From positions 62,001 through 99,457 of the forward strand of contig NW_027191503.1 in the NCBI RefSeq assembly GCF_011745625.1: a stretch of DNA of 37,457 bases, in the 5' to 3' direction. Source of the DNA: Cladosporium halotolerans. Taxonomy: Eukaryota. This document shows, piece after piece, positions 1 to 10,020 of this stretch. Under the pieces are notes generated by a model. That model saw only the letters and a list, made by a program, of their open reading frames with translations. It was not told the DNA's origin and did no database searches. A program made the translations under genes and the position numbers. How positions within the stretch are numbered: position 1 is the stretch's first letter; each line of letters starts with the position of its first letter.

Positions 1-1065
1 AGAGGCAAGGAGGAGGAAGTTTATGGCAAACCCAGGTAGAGAGCTCGCATGCACATACATACGTGGCACATGTTTTTTTGATGGCCAGGCTACCTGTGGG
101 ATAAAAATCAACACACATGAGTAATGCAATGTATTTCCAGATGCATAGGAGCACAGGTCAGTGAAATCTGGGCATCCCAACCGAAGTCCCCTATTCTCAC
201 CTTCCTATCTGACGTGATCGCCCCTGATGATTAAATCCTAGCTAAATTCCTCGGGGATTAGGCTGAGTCTGGCTCAGGTGTGACGATCGATGGGAGTTCG
301 AAAGCAGACTTCGCGATTGCAAACTAAGCCATAAGAAATCGATACAACCAGGCACATGCCTGTTCCCAGCTCTTATTGATCTCCTGTCAATGATGTTCAG
401 ATCTTCGTTTCTCATGCTTGCTTCTTGGCTTCTGAGCACCCTGTCGCTGGATCTTGATTCATAATTCTGTGCGATGGGACCTGATCTTACAACCTTAGAC
501 AGGAGTCTAGCGGTCTCTGTAAAAAAGGAATACGCTCATCCGGCCAGGTTCGTACATATCGCCGCGACTAGCCCTCATCCGGTGACACTACGTCTGCGTC
601 GTATGCTAGTCTGCACTATCAGGTCAAGGACCTCAAAGCAGGTTTCAGATATCGAGCGGCGGTAATCCTGTGACACGCGTGAAAGCCACGTTCCTGGAAC
701 GCGGAAAGGCGGGCCTACTGTACTCTCCACGCCGCTTTTCCGAATCAATTTCTCCACTCGCCATCGTTGCATTTTAGTGCGCATTCAGGTCATTTGGTTT
801 GCATATGAGCATGAACGCCAAGATGGAGCATGAGCGAGGCCAATCTAAGTGGAGAAGCCCTCGTTCAACCATCAGCCGAAGAGGAAGCAGATGAAGAGAT
901 GCTTATTGGCTATTCACCCGCCGTCTTGGGCCACCTAATCTATCTAAGCGCCAGTCAAGTCATGTCACATATCCCACTTTTCCCATAAGCTCTGGTTGCT
1001 CCGTACAACAGCGCCCACTCTATGAGTGTCCCCTTCTTCCGTCTTGCTATTTTTCAAGTGGCATT

Positions 1066-3249
1066 ATGAATAGTGCGCAAATGAGCCATCACTCTTATAA
1101 CAATACGAGCATCAGTGGAGATGCGCGAGCTCACTTGGGAAACGTCTTCAACTTCTCGTCGGCAGATTCTGAAGAACAAGACATGCTCGATTGGTTAACA
1201 ACACTCAACCCTTCTGCTAGCCATGATCATGCTTGCAAGCAATACCAAGAGGGCACGCTCCGCTGGATTTTTGACCATGCTACGTTTCGGAATTGGCGCG
1301 ATCGACCAAACACCTTGTTGCCTCAAGCTCTTTGGTGCAGAGGGGGCATAGGAACTGGAAAGACCACCCTGGTAGCGCGAATCTTGAACCACCTCCAAGA
1401 AAGAGGCAAGCCAAGAGGGACCTTGGCTGTGGTGTACTGTCAATACTCCAAACGAGATATTCTGACTGTTGAGACTGTCATGGGCTCTATTTTAGCTCAG
1501 CTGTACCAGCACAGTGAGGGAGGTTTTGGGATACCCGCACACATCAAGGCAGCATACAAATCCCAACCTCGATTCTGGAGAAGGAGTCCGACTCTAGAGC
1601 AGCTTAAAACCTGGTTTCGTCTGAGGCTGGAAGATGAAAATGCTGTGTTTGTGCTGGTGGATGCAGTTGATGAACTCACTCCCAAGCTTCGAAGAAAACT
1701 GCTTCACTCGATGCAATCGACGTCTCGACTGAAGCTCCTAGTTACGAGTCGAGATGCACCAGAAATGGAAACGGACGTGTTTGAAAAGCAAGAGGTAGAG
1801 ATCCGAGCTCACGAGACTGATCTCCAGATCTTGGTGAAAAGCAAACTCCGCGAGGAGGGCACAGAAGCATTGAGACGGCTTATACTAAGCAAACCTGGAA
1901 ATGATCTGTCTTTCTCGACCGATGAAGAACAGATTGTATCTAAAGTCACTCAATTGGCTCAGGAAATGTGCGCTCAGTACCACCATGGCTTTTCGTAAGT
2001 ATGGTAACAGCTAACATATATAGGTTTTTGCATGCGGCGCTGAACTTGGATCGTGTGCTGGAGTGCCAGAGACTGGAAGATGTCGGCCATTCGTTGAACC
2101 ATCTCCATATCAAATTGGATTCATATTACGACAAGGCCTGGGAAAGAGCAACCGACGACCAAACCCAGCTGAGATGTCAACGCGCAAAGCTTATCCTGAT
2201 GTGGGCAACTCTTGCTAAGCAGCCGCTCACAGTAGCGGCGCTGAGAGAAGCGATCCGAGCTTCCGGAGGTGGAGTGAAGGATGAAGTCCTTGCTGAAGAA
2301 GAAATTGAATCATATTGTGCAGGGCTTATCCGCGTGGAGCCACTGCCATTGCGACGATGCTCGTCCAAGAAAGTCGAAACAGTATCTGGAAGCGTAGATG
2401 GCGGAACTTCAAGCAACTCTGTGATTGCATTCCGTCATGTGAGTGCTCACCACTATTTCGAAAGGATGCAAGATACACACTTTCCTTCCTCAAGCAAGGC
2501 GATCGTGGCCGCATGCTTGTTGCACTCTAGTCCAGCCGAAGCACTCTCTGCACTACCAATGTGCCACATCCTAAGCACTGAGTAAAGCACCCCTAGGTTA
2601 AGCATTTCTCAGTCAAATCAAATGACTAATGTGAAGCAGTATACCGTTGCTGGTTGCTCTCCTTTTTGTTTTCAGTATTCTTCGGACAATACTGGACTTA
2701 CTGATTGTCACGCTCGGGATCTGGCTTTTTTACTGGACACCACGCAGGTACTGTCAAGATGTTCTTCTCTCGTTCTCTCCGGCACCAGCCGCCCTGACGT
2801 TCTCTGGGTACATACACATCTTTTTGCGCAGGCACGTGGCTGCGGCCCCTCTGTCTTCGAAAGTACAGACGCTGGGTAAGATCATCAAAAGTCCATCGTT
2901 TTACGGGTACATGTTGCTGAGCGAGCTGCTTATATTGGCAATGATGTGTGAAGAAAAGTCTTTAGGGAGTAGCTTCCTGAGATTGCGGATCGTAACTCTG
3001 ACTTTGTTCGCCTTATGGGTGTCAACCAGGCCTATCTGGATAGTGAATGTTAGGTGGATGAGATGGGCGGATGGCGAGATATATGGCCATCTGTATCTAA
3101 AACATTGGATGTTTCCTAGCGTCATAATGTCCATTATTGGGCTGTATATTTATCCGGAAACTCTAACCCTCAGCTTGGTCCCTGCATTGTTTGTTGCGAT
3201 AGCATTGGAATTGCCCCGGTGGTGCGGACGTAGAGCTGAGAACACATAA
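1066..3249 (+). CDS. Fungal NLR-like NACHT NTPase with N-terminal HET-s-related amyloid motif and hydrophobic multi-TM C-terminus (~689 aa; exons 1066-1967, 2024-2581, 2640-3249)
   Basis: Pre-NACHT segment (LDWL..., QEGTLRWIFDHATFRNW), Walker A GGIGTGKT, Walker B FVLVDAVDE, LLVTSR. Intron 1968-2023 (GTGCGC..GCTAAC..TAG) restores the typical EMFLHAALNL motif. Intron 2582-2639 (GTAAAG..ACTAAT..CAG) joins in frame to the hydrophobic 2647-3249 ORF. Exon 3 linkage is less certain than the NACHT call. Confidence 0.8.
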
Positions 3250-4212
3250 AAAGACCACTCATATACTCATAATTTTATCGTTTTCGTTGGCTTTGAAACG
3301 ACAACACAACTATAGAGGTATATCATAAGTCTCAGATATAGAAGATATTCCAGGCCTCAATCAGTGTATATCTTCAAGCTGAGAGCCTTTTAGTTTTCAA
3401 GACACGATATACCAATTTTCGGAAACATAACGCAGCCTCCCTGCCTCAAGCTCACCGCTTTCGGCATCATCCGCAATCCTCTCACATATCCATGTCCAAT
3501 TCGGCCCTCGACCAATTCTTTTCCGATGCGAACACCGCGTGTAGATCGTATGAGTACGAAGACGCTCAATCGACGCTGATGACTTCGGACGACATCGCTA
3601 TCATCGGACCTAGAATCGAGTCTCCGATCGCATATCGACTCCCTCAATTCCGCCTTTCTCAGGATTCTAGTCGACCCGGATCATTGACTTTGCACTGCGA
3701 TATCTCGATCAGACAGACATCTCCCCGTCGAACATCATCATCTCCCACGAGCGATCAAACCAGGATTCAACTTGCCTGCTCCTCTCGGAAAATGGACGAA
3801 CCGATGATGTACAGGCCTCCGTGCAGACATGCTCGGATGTCAGGTCTGCTGTTGTTCCCTTGACGACGATCGAGATGGGATGTGGTGATTATGAGAGCCA
3901 GCTTAGCACAAGCTATCCAGACTCGGGTGGAGTCTTGAGGATATCGGTGCGTAATCGTTATTAAAGTAATGATGAGGAGACATCACCTCTTTTGGTCTTG
4001 GGAATTGATCCACAACGATTGGAAACCAAATTGAGAGGTCGCCACTCGTCAAAGCCTCAGTCCGTTTTCTTTCCCAGATTGAGGTTCGACAGTAAAGGAA
4101 TGAAATACAAGGCACGATCCATCAGGATACGTCGCCATAAGGCAGCGGCAAGGACCAAGATTCTACGTCAGAAAGCCGAGGTTTACATAGAAAATCAATG
4201 CTACCAAATGGA

Positions 4213-5484
4213 TCACGCAGCGGTCGTCTCCCCTGCCGCCAGCGCCATGAGCCTTTCGACAAGGGATGTTCGGCAAACACGGGACTGGCGCTTGACGCCA
4301 TCATCAGCAGGTAGTGACTGGACCGTGGGTGTCTCTCCTTCCGCAGGAGCGTCTATTTCAATCATCCACCATCCTGAAGCTGGCCTAAGACAATCCAGCA
4401 GCTGGCTCTCGCCTTCTTCAAGGTCCGCAACGCTACTTGTGGCTTGGATCCCAACCGAGCCAGCGACCATTTTGGTATGGTAGATCTGGCCATTGTCGTT
4501 CACTGTAACCGGAACAGAGGCCGCGCCGGACGGTATGTTGTTGGTGTCGACTCGATGGTAGAAGATGCCATCAAGCTCGCATCCAGCTGCCCGTCCCTGG
4601 AAGCACTGCAAGCTGACCGGCGGTTGGGCGCATCCTTTATACAGACTCCTTCCTTTCTCGTTCCAAAAGCAGAACGCTGTGATCCACCCTGAGAGATAAA
4701 AGGGTCCACTACCTCCAGTCTCATGGGCGATCTTGCCCCAGAAATCCTTCACAGCTGACGAGGCTGGATGATCGAACGTTTCGATGAAGTGGCCCACGAT
4801 CGGCTTCAGCAGTTCTCCAAATTGCTCCGGCTCCTTCCCCAAGTATTTGAGTTTCTCCAGTCGAGTTTGGATTTCGACCCAATCCTCGCGTTCGCCAAGT
4901 AGGGTAACGGACGGGATACCACAGGACAACGTCATCTTGTACGAGAAATACTCCTGCATCGCCCCCATCATCATGATGGCAAAGACGACTCGGTCCGTCT
5001 CTGTCGTCGTGCTGAAGCTGGGCATGATCCAAGCTCTGAGGTCTGGGTCCACGACGTTCTTCTGGATTTCTCCAGTCATGCGTTGAGCCATCACACCAAA
5101 ATCGGCGGAGTGCAGGCTTCCTATATCCATGACTTCAAGCTCCTTCTGTCCTTCGTGCGACACGAAGAAGTGTCGCAGCTCTTCTGCGTGCGCATTGACA
5201 AAGTATCCTGTCTGGCAAAGAATCGCAGACCAAACGTCGTCCGGCCTGAGTGTGAGGTGATGATGGCGGCTGTATGCATGATACGCAGCATACACAAGAC
5301 CGTTCTCGGAGGGCGAGATATGGTTCTGTTCCAAGAAGCTGCGTGAGAACGAACTCTGGACGATGCCCTTGCTTGCTTCGAAATGCTGTGGACAAGATCC
5401 TTTGAGCAAGTCCTTCTCCGATTCGGCTTTGGAGTTCCTCCAAGCATCAGCTGGGCGGTTGGCAACCGCTATCGTGACAGGCAT
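4213..5484 (-). CDS. DUF4419-family protein (~423 aa; in-frame upstream ATG at 5730 is an alternative start)
   Basis: Motifs NGLVYAAYHAYSRHHHLTLRPDDVW, FSTTT, CGIPSVTLLGEREDW and SGWITAFCFW are characteristic of DUF4419 proteins; intronless ORF. Confidence 0.8.
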   Translation of the reverse strand: MPVTIAVANRPADAWRNSKAESEKDLLKGSCPQHFEASKGIVQSSFSRSFLEQNHISPSENGLVYAAYHAYSRHHHLTLRPDDVWSAILCQTGYFVNAHAEELRHFFVSHEGQKELEVMDIGSLHSADFGVMAQRMTGEIQKNVVDPDLRAWIMPSFSTTTETDRVVFAIMMMGAMQEYFSYKMTLSCGIPSVTLLGEREDWVEIQTRLEKLKYLGKEPEQFGELLKPIVGHFIETFDHPASSAVKDFWGKIAHETGGSGPFYLSGWITAFCFWNEKGRSLYKGCAQPPVSLQCFQGRAAGCELDGIFYHRVDTNNIPSGAASVPVTVNDNGQIYHTKMVAGSVGIQATSSVADLEEGESQLLDCLRPASGWWMIEIDAPAEGETPTVQSLPADDGVKRQSRVCRTSLVERLMALAAGETTAA

Positions 5485-5529
5485 CTTCAATCTTTTATCA
5501 CTACAGGGTGCAAGGAAATGGGTGTGCGA

Positions 5530-5680
5530 TTGATGCTCTTTTGTAGAAGATGAAACCGGTGAAGAGATCAGTTGAGCCAAGATTCGAGCAGACTGATCAC
5601 CGCAACGGCCAAGGAATGGTTGATGCTCTTTGGTAGAAACGGAAACCGGTGAACAGCTCGCCACCAGCTGAAAGAGGATT
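5530..5680. repeat. Degenerate direct repeat, two copies 90 bp apart
   Basis: TTGATGCTCTTTTGTAGAAGATGAAACCGGTGAA at 5530 vs TTGATGCTCTTTGGTAGAAACGGAAACCGGTGAA at 5620. Confidence 0.75.
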
Positions 5681-7398
5681 TGTGCGGGGCTGTGCAGCCG
5701 ATTCGACGTATGCGCTATACCGTGACACATGTTCAAATACTTTCTCCAACCCTCAATTGTATGACTCTTCGCAAAGATATCCCCAAAAGTGAGTGGCCAG
5801 TTTTAAAGTTAGCGGAAATGTTATCGTAGACGAGATCGGTATCCGTTTCACAGATGTTAGATCCGAAAGATCATGATCACTTAGTCAGTCACCTGTAGCG
5901 GGCGAGTGTTATATACAGTGTAATGCATTTTGACATCAAATCAGACAGAAGTTTTAGTGGCAAGCTCTCTGCGGACGCGCAAGAATGCTACCTCCAAGGG
6001 GTGATGCTATATCAGGAACATTCCACCCTTCGTGTATAGGGATGAGACGACGTTGCTCACTTGACGTTCCACCCGATTCTCACCTCTGGCTTCTCCGGCC
6101 AACAGCGTTTTCGTCCTACTCGAGAAGTGTCCGTTGTGACCTACGGTGAAGCCTCCCAATCGTCCAGCAAGTCAATAGCAACGAAAGGGTCAAAATGGTC
6201 ACTGCCAATGCTACTCCGGCTACACTGGTCATCAAGAGCCCGGTGATATCTAGATACTTTGTTTGCATTGGTGAAGGGAACGCAGCGCCCGCCTCTAAGA
6301 GCCGAAACTTGCCGCTAAGATGGTTCGTGGGAGGGATATCGGTTGTGAGCCTCAGACGGAAAAAGGTGTCTGTCTCAATGTCGGTCAGGATTGTCCAGCG
6401 GTAGAGCATTACACCGACGAAGTCATATTTGCACAAGGTGTCGAGTCGCGAGATGGCCATCGAGTAGTTGCCCTGTTCACCGAATGGCGCGCCGCCTTTC
6501 CAGAATGCAGAAGAATTGGTGGGTGCTGTGGTCTCCTGTAAACATGCTTGCGCGACGATACGTCGATGGGAAGGGGGACGGACGCATTATTTCACGCAAT
6601 ATCTTTGAAGTGTCATCGTCTCCGACAATCTCGATAGAAAATTGCGCGGAATTGTTGAAAGGCCGTTCGAACGGATGACCTGGCTGCGGTTCAGCTTGAG
6701 GGTTGCCTTTGAAAGAGATCCATGAGCTCTCTACCATGCTTCCAGGTTCGTAGTTTTCCGAGCTCAATGACCCCTGGCACCGTAAAAGTGCCTGGCTCAG
6801 CGGATTGGATGTCGAAGTAGCCGACGTTGCCATTTGGATCCAGAAATGGGAGGTTGCACTTGTCCGCGATATCGATTGATAACTGTGAAGATGACATGAC
6901 TGTTCTGATCAGAAGCAAAAAGGAGCTCCTGCGGGCGATGTCGGACTGTGTGTAGATGTCAAGTGAATGACAAGAAGCCCTGCAGCGAGATGCATACCTG
7001 CTGCTATGCGAAGCGGCGAGCTGAGCAAAATAATTAACGACTCACGAATGCAGGGTGCAACCCCGGCGCATCTTGATTGCCTGATCCTGGCGGCAAGCTG
7101 GTTCCCCTACCCGCCAATCTCGCGTAAACGCGCGGCTACAGAGGTGACCAACAGATGAAGAGCGGCGTCCTAGCTTGCATTCGGGCACCTGTCCGCCAGT
7201 TACAAAAAGTCGGCGGTAACCCCTCTTGACGATGAATGTCACGTGATAGCTCTCAGTCACGCTCATAGTCTTATTTCAAGTGACTCAAGCAGAAGCACGT
7301 GCGCTCAGCTCTCGAACGAAGTGAAGCAGCGCTAGTCTCCTGCCTCGCAGCCTCAGGCCTGTGCCAAGCCCCGCGCTGCGGTCGCCGCGCGACGCCAG

Positions 7399-7404
7399 TA
7401 TAAA
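7399..7404 (+). promoter_or_regulatory. TATA box of the U1 snRNA gene
   Basis: TATAAA 47 bp upstream of the U1 5' end, followed by a pyrimidine-rich tract. Confidence 0.55.
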
Positions 7405-7445
7405 TTCCAGCTCCCAGCTCCGATCTATTCCTCCTTTCTTTCTTC

Positions 7446-7606
7446 ATACTTACCTTGCGACGTCGGGAGCGATCACGAAGGCTCCTTAGGCTAGCAGAGT
7501 TTCCTGCATTGCACAGCGCGGCGAGACTCTGTTACAAGTTGGTTTCGGCCACCTTGGTCGTGCAATTTTTGATGTCCACCTCATGCGAAAGCAAGCACTT
7601 TCATCA
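7446..7606 (+). ncRNA. U1: U1 spliceosomal snRNA (3' end approximate)
   Basis: 5' ATACTTACCT (5' splice-site pairing). SL1 GGGAGC/GCTCCT with U1-70K loop GATCACGAAG (7471-7480). SL2 TAGCAGAGTTTC/GAGACTCTGTTA with U1A loop ATTGCAC (7508-7514). SL3 CAAG-TGGT-TTCG-GCCA-CTTG. Helix H TGCGAC/GTCGTG. Sm site AATTTTTG (7564-7571). All in canonical order. Confidence 0.95.
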
Positions 7607-8008
7607 GATCGTTCATGGTCTCATCGACCATGGGCCTGGAGAAGGTTGTATAGATAGTCTTCCTCAGATGTGTGAGTAGGCGCACATAGGTAGGGAGAAG
7701 AAAAAGTGATGGTGTTCCTGCGAGTACACGACTTGTGTTTATGTACCTCTTCTGTCGAAGGATTGCGTGACTACGATGGTGATGCTGTCTTACTGATCCA
7801 TACTCGCTATCTCCCAATATTGAACCCGCATCAGTATCTAATCATCAGAAGCTGCTGCATAGCACAACTATAATGCGGTAAGGCAAGAACTCCATCATTG
7901 TTGATCACGCTTTCCACAGGCACAACATCGCTCCAATTCTCGAGACCCTCGAAGCTTATCACTTCTCCACCGTAAACAAACCCTATCCTCACCAACATCA
8001 CCGCCGCC

Positions 8009-9085
8009 ATGCTCTCCCTCCCCCTCATACCACCGCAAGACGACCACTCCACCTTACTAGGCAGCTCATGGCGCCCACGCGCCGACTCTCCACCACCCTC
8101 AAACCCCCAAACCGCCGCGCAACATCCACAACAGCACCGTCAAAACCGCCAGCTCCGGGATGAAGAAAAACGCCAACAGCAAGCGCGAAGCCCGCTGGCG
8201 CTGCTCGCCGCTGACGAAGCCGCCATAGCGCAGCGCAAGGCCGCGATCCGCAACTTCGGCGCGTACTGGATCCGGCCGCCGGGCATCCCCAAGACGCTAC
8301 AGGCCATGAACGAGGAGGAGCAGGAGCGCCGCGAGCAGGAGGAGATCGAGCGTCGCGAGCGCGGCATGCTGGACATGCAGGCTCAGCAGCAGCTGGCGGA
8401 GGCGCAGCAGCGGGGCGCCGAGGCCATGGCTGAGCAGGAGGACCCCGAGGCGCCGGAGGAGAGGGATCTGGATGATGATATCCCCGAGGCGGAGATCACG
8501 GGCGATGTTACGGGTGATATTACGGGGGTCACGGATGACGTTACGGCGGAAGATACGTTTAATGAGGAGAGTATGATGGAGGGCAGCATGCTGCAGCAAG
8601 AGCAGTACGCTGAGATGGAGGAGGCGGAGCTCACTGGCATTGCCCAGGAAGAGGAGGATCTGGGGATTGAGGGGGACGAGGAAGAAGAGAGGGACTTGGA
8701 CGATGATGTGCCGGACGCAGGCAGCTATCAGCATACGGACACTGAGGAGGAGGACTCGAGTTCGAGTTCGGAGGAAGAGAGCTCTGAAGTGCAGGACTCT
8801 TTCGCGCAGCAAAGTGCAAGGCGGTCGGCGAGAGTTTCGGCACAGCGGCAGCAACAACAACAGCAGCAGCAGCTTTCCATGCAGACTCCGGTAATGGGAA
8901 GCCTACAGGAGAGGATGAGAGCACAGGTTGGTGCCGCGGACAGTCTACCCAGGAGTCCAGGGAGTGTCAATCTCTCGAGCTCGATTCTGGAGAGCTCTTT
9001 CATCGGCAGCAGCCCTATGATGCAACGCGGAAACCAAGGACCACGGGCAAGAGGTAGAGCGAACAGACGTGGGAGGCTGAGTTGA
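8009..9085 (+). CDS. APC15: Anaphase-promoting complex subunit Apc15/Mnd2 family protein
   Basis: N-terminal MLSLPLIPP, LLAADEAAIAQRKAAIRNFGAYWIRPPGIPKT and repeated acidic ERDLDDD(I/V)P(E/D)A motifs typical of fungal Apc15p. Confidence 0.8.
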   Translation: MLSLPLIPPQDDHSTLLGSSWRPRADSPPPSNPQTAAQHPQQHRQNRQLRDEEKRQQQARSPLALLAADEAAIAQRKAAIRNFGAYWIRPPGIPKTLQAMNEEEQERREQEEIERRERGMLDMQAQQQLAEAQQRGAEAMAEQEDPEAPEERDLDDDIPEAEITGDVTGDITGVTDDVTAEDTFNEESMMEGSMLQQEQYAEMEEAELTGIAQEEEDLGIEGDEEEERDLDDDVPDAGSYQHTDTEEEDSSSSSEEESSEVQDSFAQQSARRSARVSAQRQQQQQQQQLSMQTPVMGSLQERMRAQVGAADSLPRSPGSVNLSSSILESSFIGSSPMMQRGNQGPRARGRANRRGRLS

Positions 9086-10020
9086 GATACCCATGATACG
9101 CAAAACTACCAGCAGCTGCTTGACACGATTCGATGACGATCAATACGACCGAAAGAGGGCATTATTCAGCTCATAGACGCCCTGCAGAAGGCGCATCACC
9201 AACAGGCTTTGTGCTTATTCATTCGAGTGTGACATCCTCGCGTATCTCCACTTGCGATACGCTCCTCACGCTAGACAGATCTGCTTGTCGGACTATGCTT
9301 GTTTCTCGTCGACGGAACGCGACCATGGCCCCGCATTGCCGGATGGTGAGGTGCCGGCAGCACGTCGGTCCCTGCGATGTCCCCACGACAAATTCGGAGG
9401 GGAGATCGGCACTGACAATTGTTTTCATTGATCTGCGTCGATAATGATCGACCGGGTAGACATCGCATCGTCGCCAACGAGTGAGGTCCATTTTGAGTCA
9501 ATGCCTTCTACGAATCTCCACACTATGATTTCTGTTGCCAGGTTCAGGGGTAGCATGACGATCTTCCGTCCACCAAGCGTCTGCGCTTCGCGGGCTGGCT
9601 GATGAGGCTGGAACTTCTGGAGAAGTACGATCCAACTGCATGAAAGTATGCCAAAGCGTACCCACCAACAGTACAAGCAACCTCACACGTTTTTCAAAAG
9701 CTGTAGCCTCGACCGTAATGATTTTGATTCGTACTTTACAGCGATTTGACTCTCACACATGAGTCGGGAGCCTTTCGCCTTAGATTCGGGTCTCGAGTCA
9801 TTCAATACGCTACCACCACTCAAATGGGGTAGTGGTGCACCTATCATCTCAAACTCGACGCTGCCAACGGTCGCCGAGACTATGTGAAATAGCTTAGTGT
9901 GAAGAAGCATGGTTGGAAAAGCGTACATATACACAGGTTTCGTCGGCGTCCCTAGGGTTTCGAGAGGTAGGGCTCCCTTCGCTAACCCTTGTCGCTCATT
10001 ACCCACGCTCTCTATACATA

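Noticed and set aside
3492..4212. Plus-strand ORFs downstream of the NLR as possible further exons
   Set aside because: No ankyrin, WD40 or TPR pattern and no convincing splice path.
9133..10006. Short ORFs between APC15 and the lipase
   Set aside because: No recognisable motif or coherent gene model.
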